A stretch of DNA of 64,000 bases from an uncultured delta proteobacterium (GTDB lineage Bacteria; Desulfobacterota; WTBG01; CAIYCZ01; CAIRTM01): contig CAWDSQ010000024.1 in assembly GCA_963804955.1 (NCBI GenBank), positions 173,423 through 237,422 of the forward strand, given 5' to 3'. A program made the translations under genes and the position numbers. Below, piece by piece: positions 45,797 through 56,462 of this stretch. Under the pieces are notes generated by a model that was not told the origin of the DNA, searched no databases, and saw nothing but the letters and a program-made list of their open reading frames with translations. Each line of letters starts with the position of its first letter. Position 1 is the stretch's first letter.

Positions 45797-46530
45797 TGCA
45801 GTTTTTCCTTAAGATAGATACGCCCGGCATAGTAGATCAGCGGAATGCTGTACTTACACTATGTTATCATATTTTGTAAAGTTTTTTATAGATTCCATCA
45901 TAAAACGCCTATATGCTTGCACGAAATCCCTTGACCTGCTCATTGACTCGTAAGTCTATTCAAGGCAAGTGACTCGTCACATTTAAAACCAGCAATGGCA
46001 GGCCCCTCCCCTTCCTCCCCTCCCGTCACAGGAGGGAATAAAAATGGACCTCTTTACTTGTGGGTTGGCGTGAGGGGGCCTGCAAAATCAATTGTGCAGA
46101 CCCACGAGTATTCGTGATGTTGTACAGATCAAGCAGAACACGTTGAATTTTATGTGATGGGAAGCGACAGGCTCATGATAGGCTCTGAAGCGGATACACC
46201 GTCAAATGCCGGCCGACAGAAACAATCACCCGGACCATACAACTCTCCTAAGATAGGCATTTAATGTCCTCCTGAGCGAGATGAAGGATCCCTTAATACG
46301 ATTGTACCCCCTTTAGCAAAGGGGGATTAAATAGGCTTATTTTATCGTATGATAATTAATAGTGCACCCTTGTTTATGGGGCGCTGTCCTTAATCATTAT
46401 GCCAGCGGAAGATTTCTGCAGGCCCAACCGTCCTGTCCACACACATCCTCACGGCCTGCATCTGGCTGCCAAACTTTTATGACTTGATTTTTTTCTTGGT
46501 AAGTGATAAAAAAATTTATTAATTTGTTGC

Positions 46531-46607
46531 GGCGGTGTAGCTCAGCTGGTTAGAGCATGCGGCTCATATCCGCAGTGTCCGGGGTTCAAGTCCCTGCACC
46601 GCCACCA
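46531..46607 (+). tRNA. tRNA with CAT anticodon (probably elongator Met), CCA encoded
   Basis: GGCGGTGTAGCTCAGCTGGTTAGAGCATGCGGCTCATATCCGCAGTGTCCGGGGTTCAAGTCCCTGCACCGCCACCA; paired 1:72. Confidence 0.92.
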
Positions 46608-46737
46608 CATTTTCTTAAAAGCCGCATGTACAAATCCTTTCTTAGCATTTATGCTTTCGCTGCATTCCCGCGGCATAAATGCCAGCACATATCAGAAATA
46701 TCCGGTAAAGGTAAAAGTTCTGACGACAGATATCCGC

Positions 46738-47366
46738 ATGACTGGTGTCCCGCAAACCATCATTTTCGATCTGGGCAAGGTAATCGTCGACTTCGATCAT
46801 ATGACCTTCTGCCGCAATGCCTCGCGCTACTGCCCGGCATCGCCGTGCTGAGATCTATAAAAAAATATTCCTTTCCGGCCTTGTGCTACAGTATGACAGC
46901 GGAACACTTCCATCGGATGCATTTTTTAAAGCCGCACAGGCTGCTCTTGATATTCGAACAGACATTGATCTCTTTGCACGCCTGTGGTCTGATATTTTTA
47001 CACTCATAAACGGCATACAGCCTCTTATCGAGCGGCTAACAGCAGCATTCCCAGCTTATATGCCTGTCTAATACCAACCCCTGGCATTTCAGCTGGTGCA
47101 GAGAGCATTTCAAGGTTCTAGACGCCTTTGATGCTTTCATACTTTCCCATGAAGAGGGCTGCTGCAAACCGGAACCGGAGATATACAGACGGGCGCTTGC
47201 AAAAAGCCAGGCGCCGCCGGACCAGTGCCTCTTTATAGATGATAGTGCCGACAATGTTGCAGCAGCCAGACTGCTCTCTATGCAGGGCATTGTTTTCTCC
47301 TCGGTCGGTGCACTTGAAAAAAAACTGCTGGAACGTGGCTGCCTGCAGCATACTGTTGCAACATAG
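46738..47366 (+). CDS. HAD-family phosphatase (frameshifts)
   Basis: IIFDLGKVIVD, LSNTN, KPEPEIY, LFIDD...NV across frames. Confidence 0.8.
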
Positions 47367-47647
47367 AAACACTGCATTGTATGCAACAGGAATTATGACG
47401 CAGGGACCAGCAACAATTTAAAATCCGCCTGTGCTCCGCTCACAGGCTTGCAGTATGGCCTTTTATTCGTTCAAAGGGCTCTCACACTGGCGAGCACAGG
47501 TGGCCGGTGAACCGAAGCACATGCCGAATGAACATGATAGCGCCGTATGACTGCCTGACCGGCAGCACATACGGTGCCGGCAAAAAAAGCACGCGGCACA
47601 CAGTGCGGCAATCTGTGATTTCACACAACCAAAACGGAGGCATACAT

Positions 47648-48565
47648 ATGCAGCAACTGACTATCATAGGCTCTGGCCCGGCCGGGCTTACAGCAGCAAT
47701 CTATGCTGCCAGGGCGGGACTTGCTCCACTGGTCATCGAAGGCCTGCAGCCAGGCGGACAGCTGACAACAACAACCGTTATTGAAAACTGGCCCGGCTCA
47801 CCTGATGGCATAGATGGCCCGAAACTCATGGCTGATATGCGCAAGCAGGCAGAAAACTTCAATGTGCAGTTTATGAGCGGTCTTGTTACCGGTGTGGATT
47901 TTCAAAAAGCACCGTTTAAAATATCCGTAGACGAGCAGGAGGTTGAAACCAGCTGCACCATCATTGCAACAGGGGCATCACCCAGAATGCTCGGCCTTGA
48001 AGTTGAGAAAAACCTCATGGGGCGGGGGCTTTCCGTATGCGCTACCTGCGACGGATTTTTCTTCAGAAAAAAAGATGTCCTCGTGGTAGGCGGCGGCGAT
48101 ACGGCAATGGAGGAGGCTGTTTTTTTAAGCGGCCTTGCCGCCTCTGTTACGGTGGTGCATCGGAGGCATGAGCTCCGTGCAGCACAAGCCATGCAGGAAC
48201 GAGCGCGCTCAACGCCGAACATCCGCTTCATATGGGATTCCGTCATTGATGACATCCTTGATATATCCCGCAATACGGTCACTGGCGCCATGCTTCGAAA
48301 TGTCAAAACAAACCAGGTTGTATACCATCCATGCGACGGCATTTTTCTAGCCCTGGGGCATGTTCCCAATACATCCTATTTGCAAAACCAGATCGAGGTT
48401 GATTCGCAGGGGTTCATAGTTGTACGAAAGGGGTCTGCAACAAATATTCCGGGCGTATTTGCCGCTGGTGATGTCGCGGATCCGGTGTACAAGCAGGCCA
48501 TAACGGCGGCAGGCATGGGATGTATGTCAGCGCTTGATGCAGAGCGTTTTTTAAAGGGCATCTAA
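47648..48565 (+). CDS. trxB: Thioredoxin reductase
   Basis: GSGPAG, CATCDG, GGGDTA, VFAAGDV, QAITAAG. Confidence 0.96.
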   Translation: MQQLTIIGSGPAGLTAAIYAARAGLAPLVIEGLQPGGQLTTTTVIENWPGSPDGIDGPKLMADMRKQAENFNVQFMSGLVTGVDFQKAPFKISVDEQEVETSCTIIATGASPRMLGLEVEKNLMGRGLSVCATCDGFFFRKKDVLVVGGGDTAMEEAVFLSGLAASVTVVHRRHELRAAQAMQERARSTPNIRFIWDSVIDDILDISRNTVTGAMLRNVKTNQVVYHPCDGIFLALGHVPNTSYLQNQIEVDSQGFIVVRKGSATNIPGVFAAGDVADPVYKQAITAAGMGCMSALDAERFLKGI

Positions 48566-48635
48566 GCAGACGGGGTGTGGCAGGAGGGCGAACAGACGGC
48601 CTGCTGGACGCAGAGAGAAAGAGCACTGGAAACAA

Positions 48636-49706
48636 TTATGGTCCTATAGTGATATCGAAGGAGCCCCCCGTTTTTTTATACACAATAGCATGCCTTTCGA
48701 TGCTGGCAATCTCCTGCTTTGAAAGAATTCCAGCGTCGGCTATCCCGCGAAGTGTTTCCGGATACGATCCGGTTATAAGGCGATATATTTCAAGGGCTCT
48801 TTCAAGCCTTGTTGCTTCAGCGCTAACAAAAGCCTGCTGGAGCGGTGTGTGTTCCCATCGCAACAGACGAACCACAGGAAAGGTACTCTCCAAAAAACTG
48901 CCCGGCAGAAACAGCATCAGGGCTGCAACAGCGGCCAGCCAGCAGCATGAGGCTATGCCCATGCCGGCCAGGGGAATCAGATTGCCGGTATCGACCTTCG
49001 TTTCAGCCCTTTTAGACAGCAGCCGTATCGCGCCACGCTCGAGCAACTGCACAAGAGTCTTGCAGGCAATAAAACTTCCCAATACACTGGCGTCAATAAT
49101 ATCCTGAACGCTTCGCTGCCCGTCAACCAGCGAACATACCCGCTCCTCATCGGAATCAAGGTCCGGGAGAGCCGCATAATTATTTTCAAAAAGCATATCA
49201 AAAGAGCTTATTATAGAACTGATTTCAGGCCATTCGTCAATCCTGCGAAGCACGTCCAGCAGAATGGATTCAAGGCCCGGCAGTTGCACAAGGCCAGATG
49301 TCCGTGTTACCGTTTGAGCAATAAAACGGTACGTTCCCGTATGCCACTGCAGCATTTCATAGATCACCTCATAGATATGCGTGAGGATGATACGTTCGAA
49401 ATTCACCCTGCTAAGAAGGCCCTGTGCAAGCAAAACAGTGCAAATATGTTCAAGCGTGGTTTTGTGCTTTTCAAGGGCCTGTCGAAACTGTTCAGCTGGC
49501 ACAAGTGCGCTCTTGACAAGAATAGCGCCCAGGCGTTCCGTGTCTTGTGCTGTCTTAACATCAATGAGATCACCGTTTAAAAAATAAATCTCAGCCGTCT
49601 CCCTGTCGTGCGCGACAAGTAAAACGCCTGTCTTCTGCTGCTGCGCCAGCAGCTGGAATATATCAGCAACACCGAAATCTTTTATAGAACCCTGCAGTGC
49701 TGTCAT
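48636..49706 (-). CDS. DUF4388-domain membrane protein with C-terminal pseudopilin-like segment
   Basis: LQGSIKDFGVADIFQL..QQKTG; TM; LERALEIYRLITGSYPETL. Confidence 0.75.
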   Translation of the reverse strand: MTALQGSIKDFGVADIFQLLAQQQKTGVLLVAHDRETAEIYFLNGDLIDVKTAQDTERLGAILVKSALVPAEQFRQALEKHKTTLEHICTVLLAQGLLSRVNFERIILTHIYEVIYEMLQWHTGTYRFIAQTVTRTSGLVQLPGLESILLDVLRRIDEWPEISSIISSFDMLFENNYAALPDLDSDEERVCSLVDGQRSVQDIIDASVLGSFIACKTLVQLLERGAIRLLSKRAETKVDTGNLIPLAGMGIASCCWLAAVAALMLFLPGSFLESTFPVVRLLRWEHTPLQQAFVSAEATRLERALEIYRLITGSYPETLRGIADAGILSKQEIASIERHAIVYKKTGGSFDITIGP

Positions 49707-49715
49707 AATGTCCCG

Positions 49716-51626
49716 CTAGGCAATAATTCTTAAAAGCAGATTTTCTTCTGTTGATCTGTCCTGAATTTGTCGTACATGACACGGTCATGAAGAACCAGTA
49801 CACAAAAAGCAGCGAGCCATATGCAGCACCTGTTCCAATCCGGGATCCCAGCAAAAAAGACCAGGGGCCTTCAAGAACAAACGGCATGACCGTCTTGAGT
49901 ACAAGCATGAAAAAAACAAGCATTCCGGCAATGCCTATAAGGGTCTGCCCGGCATAAAAATGTCCCGCACCGGGAAGGATATAGCCTAAGGCTACAACAG
50001 TAATTCTTTTTCTGGTGATATAGCTCTTTATACGGTTCCGTTTATCTTCCCTGACACCATATCCCAGCATACTCTGTTTTCGCAGCAGGCTTTGACAATG
50101 TGTACAAACAAGATCGTCAGTGGCAGTGCGCTGACAACGCCGGCATATAACCATACCGCACAGTTTGCAGCGCACGGAGATACGTATCTTGTCTTTGCCC
50201 GGAATATACACGGCCAGGAGGGCAAGTGCCAGCAGGATAAAAAGATCATATGGAAAATACAATGCCGCCAAAAGCATAGCCCCAGGCATCGCGTGTATAC
50301 GCAGGGGTAGCAATGAAAAGATTGAATCCGCGCACCCAGAGTTGCGAAATATCAACGGGTTCATCAATTATTACACGATTAAAATTATCGGAAATATCTT
50401 TCAAATACGAACCGACACGCGGAAGATCAAGATTCTTGGCCTTATTAAGAGCCTGCTCTGATTCGTTAAACATAAATTTCGACTGATAAATCCGGGACAG
50501 GTTAAAGTGCGCTGCTGCAGTTTTAGCAGGAGCCATGACTGCCGCCTGATTGTAGCAGCTAATTGCTGCATCCCAGTTGTGCTGCGCGAAATGAACATTG
50601 CCCAAATTAATCGCGGCTTTATAGTTTTCTCGATTTTCTGATAGTATTTTTTCATAATACTTTTGGGCAATACTGAAGCTGCCCTCTTTTTTAAAGTGCA
50701 ACCCGAGGCTCAAAAGCACATCTTCATCCTGGGGAAACCGATCAAGCTGTTTTTCCAGCAGTTGCGTATCGCGCAGATCACAATAACCGTAATTTGCTTT
50801 CCACAAAAGTTTTATAGTTTCATCCTGGCCCATGCATTTTGCGAACCCCATGGCTGCCGCCAGCAGCGGCACCGCAAGTATCAGCAGGGCAAAAAAGGCC
50901 TTGATCACGTACCGCTCATGCCGGGTCGCATAGGCATACAGAAGAACAAGCGACCATGCGCAGAACCATAGTATGGAAAGCCTGAACAGCAGAGGCAAAA
51001 GCAAAAGGGTTATGACCATCACCCATACCGAAAAATCAGGCAGTGAATCCGGAAATTGCATGCCGCACATCGTGGTACAAAAGCGAACAATGCGCAAGCA
51101 GCAGAACCAGTGCAAAGGTGCAAAAGGAAAGCAAAATACCGCCGGCTAGCACAGCGGCATTTTCAAACACCGCCATACTGACATCCTCAATATTCAATGG
51201 AGACAGGGATTTTACGAATGCTGCGGCAAAACCCTGTACAACAGCCGGCACATGGAGTTTGTTTTCATGCCATTGCGTTATGGCTTGTGAGGCATAGACA
51301 GGCGGAATATCCGGGGATAATAAACATGCATAGTTTGACAGGACGCGCGCCGTGTCATATTCACTTCGTTTAACTGCCTCCTGTGCTTGCCTGACAAGCA
51401 TTAATGAATACGGCACGAAATTCCGGATCCCATGATCCAGCGTCTTCTGATGCACCATGGCAAGAAAAGCTTCGAGCTCCTGTGCCTGCAATGGTTGTGG
51501 TAGAATGATACCGCCATCATAGATTCCCGCCTGAGGCTCTGCGCATAAAACAACTGTCATGAAAGCAGCCAGCGCCAGACGCAGGAGGCTTTGGGAAATA
51601 ATGTTGTGTACATGTGAAAAAAACAT
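49716..51626 (-). CDS. Multi-TM TPR protein with CxxC motifs (several frameshifts)
   Basis: Fragments 51036-51626, 50246-51115 and 49663-50367 join; TPR (INLGNV, AHFNLS); CKLCG..CRRC..CTHC; LPGAGH. Confidence 0.65.
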
Positions 51627-51650
51627 ACGGCTGCCTTAAAGGGCATAAAA

Positions 51651-53252
51651 TTATTTGGCCAGCATATCGTCAAGGCTGATAGTAATCGTTATAGGACACT
51701 CGGTATTGTTTTTATTCAGCCTGAGTGTAATGGGTAGACTGATTGACGTTTCAGAAATTTTCCGTGGTTGTCCGCAGGTCACAATGGAAAAACCTTCAAC
51801 CTCGGGTGTCTGAGCAGGCAGTGGAGCGAACCCGTCAGCAGCCGATGGCTCTTCAAACTCCAAAAAAGGCTCTTCTATGTCTAAAGCCGGCTCTTCTATA
51901 GCAAGGGCTTCTGAATCATCATCAAAAGAAAGCTCCGACTCCTGAACAACCGCTTCGTCATCAAAGGAAAGCAAAGACTCCTGCACTCCCGTTTCATCAA
52001 GAACCAATTCCTCCTGATCATCAAAGGAAAGTTCCGGCTCCTGTACTGCCGGCTGCATCAAGCACCAAGGCCTCTTCATCATCAAAGGAAAGTTCCGGCT
52101 CCTGTTCTCCCGTCTCATCAAGGACCAAGGCCTCCTCATCATCAAAGGAAAGTTCAGACTCCTGTTCTTCCGTCTCATCAAGGACCAGGTCCTCCTCATC
52201 ATCAAAGGAAAGTTCCGGCTCCTGTACTGCCGCTGCATCAAGCACCAATGACTCTTCATCATCAAAAGAAAGTCCTTCATCGGAGCTTATATCAGATGCT
52301 TGAGTAGCCAACGCAGGCGGGGGTATATCAGGAATACGGTCAAACGGCGGAACATCTTTTTTTTCAAAAGCCGCCGCGGCTGAAGGCTGTGCATCATCAG
52401 GCGGCAACGAAGGAGGTTCTGTAGGGAGCAACCGAAGCGCCGGCTTTTCTTCGGTCAGAGGAGCGGCCGCCAATGGACTCTGGTCAGTTCAGGACCGGCT
52501 CCGGTTGTACTGGCAAATGCCGGCGAGGGCGGCGCTTCAGAAAAAATCTTCAGCCCCGCATCATCAGCTTCAGTCATTGCAGGTGTAACAGCTGGACGGG
52601 TAGTGGGTGCGGCATCCTTTGCGCTGGGGGAAATTAACGCCGAAGGCTGTGCGGTTTTTTTCTTTGCCGTTCCGCTATCCATCTGTTTGAGAACCATTTT
52701 ACAAATGCCCGTGAGCGTTTCCACAACGCCCATTCCCGTCAAGGCGCTTGATTCATACGCAGGTACATTGTACGAATTGAGCATGGCGTTAAGCTCTTCA
52801 ACAGACGCTACATGGGGAAGATCACGTTTGTTATACTGAAGAACAAAAGGAAACGAGGTAATGTCTTTTTTATAAAATTTCAGATTGTCAGCAAGATCTT
52901 TGAGGCTTTCGAGATTGTCCTGAAGCTTATTTGCCTGGGAGTCAGCAACAAACACAACGCCGTCGGCACCGGTGAGAACGGCACGCCGCGTCAGTCCATA
53001 ATACACCTGCCCGGGAACCGTATAAATGTGGAAGCGCGTCTTGAACCCTCTCACATCACCAAGCTCTATCGGAAGAAAGTCAAAAAAAAGCGTCCGATCG
53101 TCCTTGGTGGCAAGTGACATAAGATCACCACGCTGCTGCGGCGCAAGCATTTTATGAATGCACTGCACATTGGTTGTCTTGCCGCACATCGCCGGACCAT
53201 AATAAACGATCTTTAAATCAATCTCGCGTTTTGCTGCATTAAAGACGGCCAT
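51651..53252 (-). CDS. MglA-family small GTPase with long acidic C-terminal extension (frameshifts near 52470 and 52050)
   Basis: KIVYYGPAMCGKTTN, DRTLFFDFLP, YTVPGQV, GADGVVFVADS, QYNKRDL; then Pro-rich linker and acidic repeats. Confidence 0.85.
51910..52275 (-). repeat. About 6 tandem 60-bp coding repeats (EPELSFDDEEALVLDETGEQ-like)
   Basis: TCAAAGGAAAG-like anchor recurs near 51961, 52021, 52082, 52142, 52202 and 52262. Confidence 0.9.
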
Positions 53253-53261
53253 GGCTCACCC

Positions 53262-54314
53262 TCACGATCTTAATAAAAGATTTTTGATTTCAGTGTCCAC
53301 CGATCTGAAAGTACGGTCGGCGTCGTAAATTTTCTGAAAAATCTTTAAAGCCTTTTGCGGGTCTCCTTTTTCCTTATACACAAGCCCCGACTGATAAATC
53401 AAACTGAGCCTGTCTTTTTCCGTAAGATTCAGAAGCTTTAAAGCCTTGCCGATCAAGTCATTTGCGATGTCATAACGGCCGAGAGCCATATGGCATTCAG
53501 AAAGCTTTATATAGCATTCTGCTTTGTTGTCAATCCCGCCCAGAGCTGCCGTAAACTCGGATATTGCCTCCTCAAACTCATTGCACCGGATATAGGCAAG
53601 GCCGAAATTAAAATGAAACTGAGGGCTGTTCATGTCATCAGTATTGGCAATCATGCTCTTCAGCTGAATAAAAACATCATCGGGGTTTGTGCCGGCCCCA
53701 TCCTCCTCATCAAAATCTCCCTGCGGGGGAATGGCGACCTGAACGTCAGAATCACTGGCAAGGGCGTCTTCGAGGTCAAACCCGCCCTGAGCAACTTTGA
53801 TGCGCGCTTCCGAAGCAGTTCCCTCCGTCGATTCGGCAAGCTGCCAATCCTTGTCCTGATAAAATTTTGCGATCTTAATTTTAAAAAATTCATTAGTCGG
53901 ATCTATTTCATGAATTTTTTGAAGAACCTGGACGGCTTCATAGTTCATATTTTTATCGCAGAAATGGTTGGCAAGCTTTTCAAGCACAGCAACGCCATCG
54001 CCGATAAACCCGTTTCTCAAATGAAGATTGGCAAGTTCCGTATAAATATCAATCTGATCAGGGTCGATAGAAATCGTGTGATTATAAATAGCTACGGCAA
54101 TCTGAAAAAGTCGTTTAGTCTGATATGCCCTGGCCGCAGTCAGATACTCAGCGATGGATTCTGCTTTCCTGCCGTTTTCCAAATACAGTTCGGCAATTTT
54201 GACACGCACGCGTAAATCGCCTGGATTCTGAGCCAGTAAAGCATGCAGCTTATCCAGCGAATCCTGGAACTTATCTTGTATCGTCTGTTTTTTAAAAAAC
54301 TGTATCATTGCCAT
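53262..54314 (-). CDS. TPR protein with acidic central linker
   Basis: N- and C-terminal TPR helices (HFNFGLAY..EAISEF), FDLEDAL linker. Confidence 0.75.
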   Translation of the reverse strand: MAMIQFFKKQTIQDKFQDSLDKLHALLAQNPGDLRVRVKIAELYLENGRKAESIAEYLTAARAYQTKRLFQIAVAIYNHTISIDPDQIDIYTELANLHLRNGFIGDGVAVLEKLANHFCDKNMNYEAVQVLQKIHEIDPTNEFFKIKIAKFYQDKDWQLAESTEGTASEARIKVAQGGFDLEDALASDSDVQVAIPPQGDFDEEDGAGTNPDDVFIQLKSMIANTDDMNSPQFHFNFGLAYIRCNEFEEAISEFTAALGGIDNKAECYIKLSECHMALGRYDIANDLIGKALKLLNLTEKDRLSLIYQSGLVYKEKGDPQKALKIFQKIYDADRTFRSVDTEIKNLLLRS

Positions 54315-54650
54315 CGTTTTTTTCGTCTGGCGGTTAAAACTTTTTCAGAACCCGCATCATTTTGGATGAGCGATATTAGAATTTGAATAAATTTTATAAT
54401 AAAATCCTGCTCTTTGCACCAACAAAATAAAAAAGCTTTCGAGCTCACACCACGCTCATCTTCTATCTCTGAACTCAGCAAACTGTTCTTTTATAGTCCC
54501 GGGCACCATCTGTATCAAGATTTATTTACCAGATTATGTATTGACCTTACCAGATTTTTCCGTTATGGTTTCAGTTATTTGATTTCACCCCGACAAACCA
54601 TAAATAAAGTGCGATATTTCATCAGCATGTATCTCATTACCAAAGGTCCA

Positions 54651-55232
54651 ATGAAAACAAAAGGTGTTTGTATTACGATTATTATGTGCCTCTGTCTGGC
54701 AGCCTGCAGCAGCGGTCCACAGAAAAAAAAGGGTGCGGGTGCTGACGCAGGGTTTGTTACGGCATCCGACAATCAGACTATGCAGCGTCTGATACTGGAT
54801 TATGCCGGCATGAAGGAGGATGATATAGTTTCATGGGCATGGGTAGATTCGGCTTTCAGGCTCAAGGATTGCGGCGCCGTCAGCCTGCAGCCGGTTTTAA
54901 ATTACAGCACGATCGATTATCCCTGGGCGCAACAACGCATTGAAACATCGCTGCAAAATGCTTTAGACAGCCAAAAACAAACCGCATCGGGAGGAAAAAC
55001 CGTTATTGCAACAGCCGCCATAACTGGCATGCACGGCAAGCCTGGTTTTATTAAACGATTTTCTCCGTCATATGAGGATACGCCCTCGGTTGAACTGGAG
55101 CTTATTATTACCGATGCCGCATCAAAACGTGAACTGGTAAAAATCTGCCACATGGCGCGCGCCGACGACCTGCCTCAGGCTCTGGAGAAACTTCTCAATG
55201 ACGTAACAGCTTTTCTGGATAAAAAAATTTAA
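54651..55232 (+). CDS. Putative lipoprotein
   Basis: MKTKG, hydrophobic stretch, LAAC lipobox. Confidence 0.6.
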   Translation: MKTKGVCITIIMCLCLAACSSGPQKKKGAGADAGFVTASDNQTMQRLILDYAGMKEDDIVSWAWVDSAFRLKDCGAVSLQPVLNYSTIDYPWAQQRIETSLQNALDSQKQTASGGKTVIATAAITGMHGKPGFIKRFSPSYEDTPSVELELIITDAASKRELVKICHMARADDLPQALEKLLNDVTAFLDKKI

Positions 55233-55237
55233 AACAC

Positions 55238-55612
55238 ATGGCAGCACAAACAGCCGATATAATCCTGGTAGTCGATGACAGCCCTACTGAGCTGCGGCTT
55301 CTGACGGCCCCCCTCAAGACAAAGGGCTATACGGTTATCACGGCAGTCGACGGAGATGAAGCGATTCAAAAGGCATGCGCACATCTTCCGAGGTTGATGC
55401 TGCTGGATGTCATAATGCCTAAAAAAAACGGTTTTCAAGTCTGCCGCCATCTCAAAAACTCACCCGAAACAAAGGACATTAAAATAATCATTATTTCCAG
55501 CAAAAGCCAGGAAAGCGATAAATTCTGGGGAATGAAGCAGGGGGCCGACGAGTACATGGTTAAACCATTTGATGAAAAAACACTGCTTGCCAATGTGGCA
55601 AAATACATGTAA
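55238..55612 (+). CDS. Single-domain response regulator (PilH/CheY-like)
   Basis: VVDDSPT, LDVIMPKKNGFQVCR, DKFWGMKQGA, KPF. Confidence 0.88.
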   Translation: MAAQTADIILVVDDSPTELRLLTAPLKTKGYTVITAVDGDEAIQKACAHLPRLMLLDVIMPKKNGFQVCRHLKNSPETKDIKIIIISSKSQESDKFWGMKQGADEYMVKPFDEKTLLANVAKYM

Positions 55613-55752
55613 AGCCCATAGAAAAACGTGCAGTTATAACCGCCCCGTGGTGACTGAAAAAGACATCCCGGGGCGTTTCTGTATCTTTGGTATTGACACT
55701 GCATCTGCCCGCATCCTATACTACCAACCTATTGTTTTCCCAATATAACAGC

Positions 55753-56415
55753 ATGCAGCCCAAAATAAAAATCTGCGGCATCACAAGCACCGGCGACGCT
55801 GTTCTGGCTGAACGTTGCGGTGCTGATTACATAGGACTTGTTTGCGAAATAGATTACTCACCACGGTGCATCAGTCGAGGGGTTGCAGCAGACATTACGA
55901 AGCTGTCACAAATTCCGGCAGTTCTCCTGCTTGACAAACCCGCTATCGAAATGGTGAAAATCGCCCTGCAGGTGCGGCCCTATGGCCTGCAGATTATCGG
56001 CAATCTGACACATGATGAAATTGCGACTGTCAAAAGACAAACGGCATGCAGCCTCTGGCATCCAATCAGGATACCCGTGCAGGCGCCGCAGAACATGTCC
56101 GTATCAGAGATAAGCCGGCGTATGGCATCGCTCAAAAACGCAGGTGTTGATGTTATTATTCTGGATACGCTGGTTGAGGGATCCAAAGGCGGTACAGGAA
56201 AAACCTGCGACTGGAATCTGGCTGCGCAGATTGTGGCAGCAAGCCCACTGCCGGTATTTCTCGCCGGCGGCATTACCCCTGAGAATGCCGCTCAGGGTAT
56301 TGCGCATGTACACCCGGCAGGAATTGATGTCAGTAGCGGTGTTGAAATAACGCCAGGCATAAAACATGCCGAAAAAATCGAACTGCTTGTCAATACAGTC
56401 CGTTCGACACCATAA
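55753..56415 (+). CDS. trpF: Phosphoribosylanthranilate isomerase
   Basis: KICGIT, SPR, GGTG...DW, LAGGITPEN, DVSSGVE. Confidence 0.9.
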   Translation: MQPKIKICGITSTGDAVLAERCGADYIGLVCEIDYSPRCISRGVAADITKLSQIPAVLLLDKPAIEMVKIALQVRPYGLQIIGNLTHDEIATVKRQTACSLWHPIRIPVQAPQNMSVSEISRRMASLKNAGVDVIILDTLVEGSKGGTGKTCDWNLAAQIVAASPLPVFLAGGITPENAAQGIAHVHPAGIDVSSGVEITPGIKHAEKIELLVNTVRSTP

Positions 56416-56462
56416 CATACAGTCCGCAGATGCGGAACTGGTGCTGCAAGAGGAGCAAAAGC

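Noticed and set aside
42045..46530. Integrative island between tRNA-Glu and tRNA-Met
   Set aside because: No integrase and no duplicated tRNA 3' end found
51910..52275. Regular ~60-bp repeats as a possible CRISPR array
   Set aside because: Units are similar along their whole length, keep codon phase and encode a peptide repeat; no unique spacers and no cas genes
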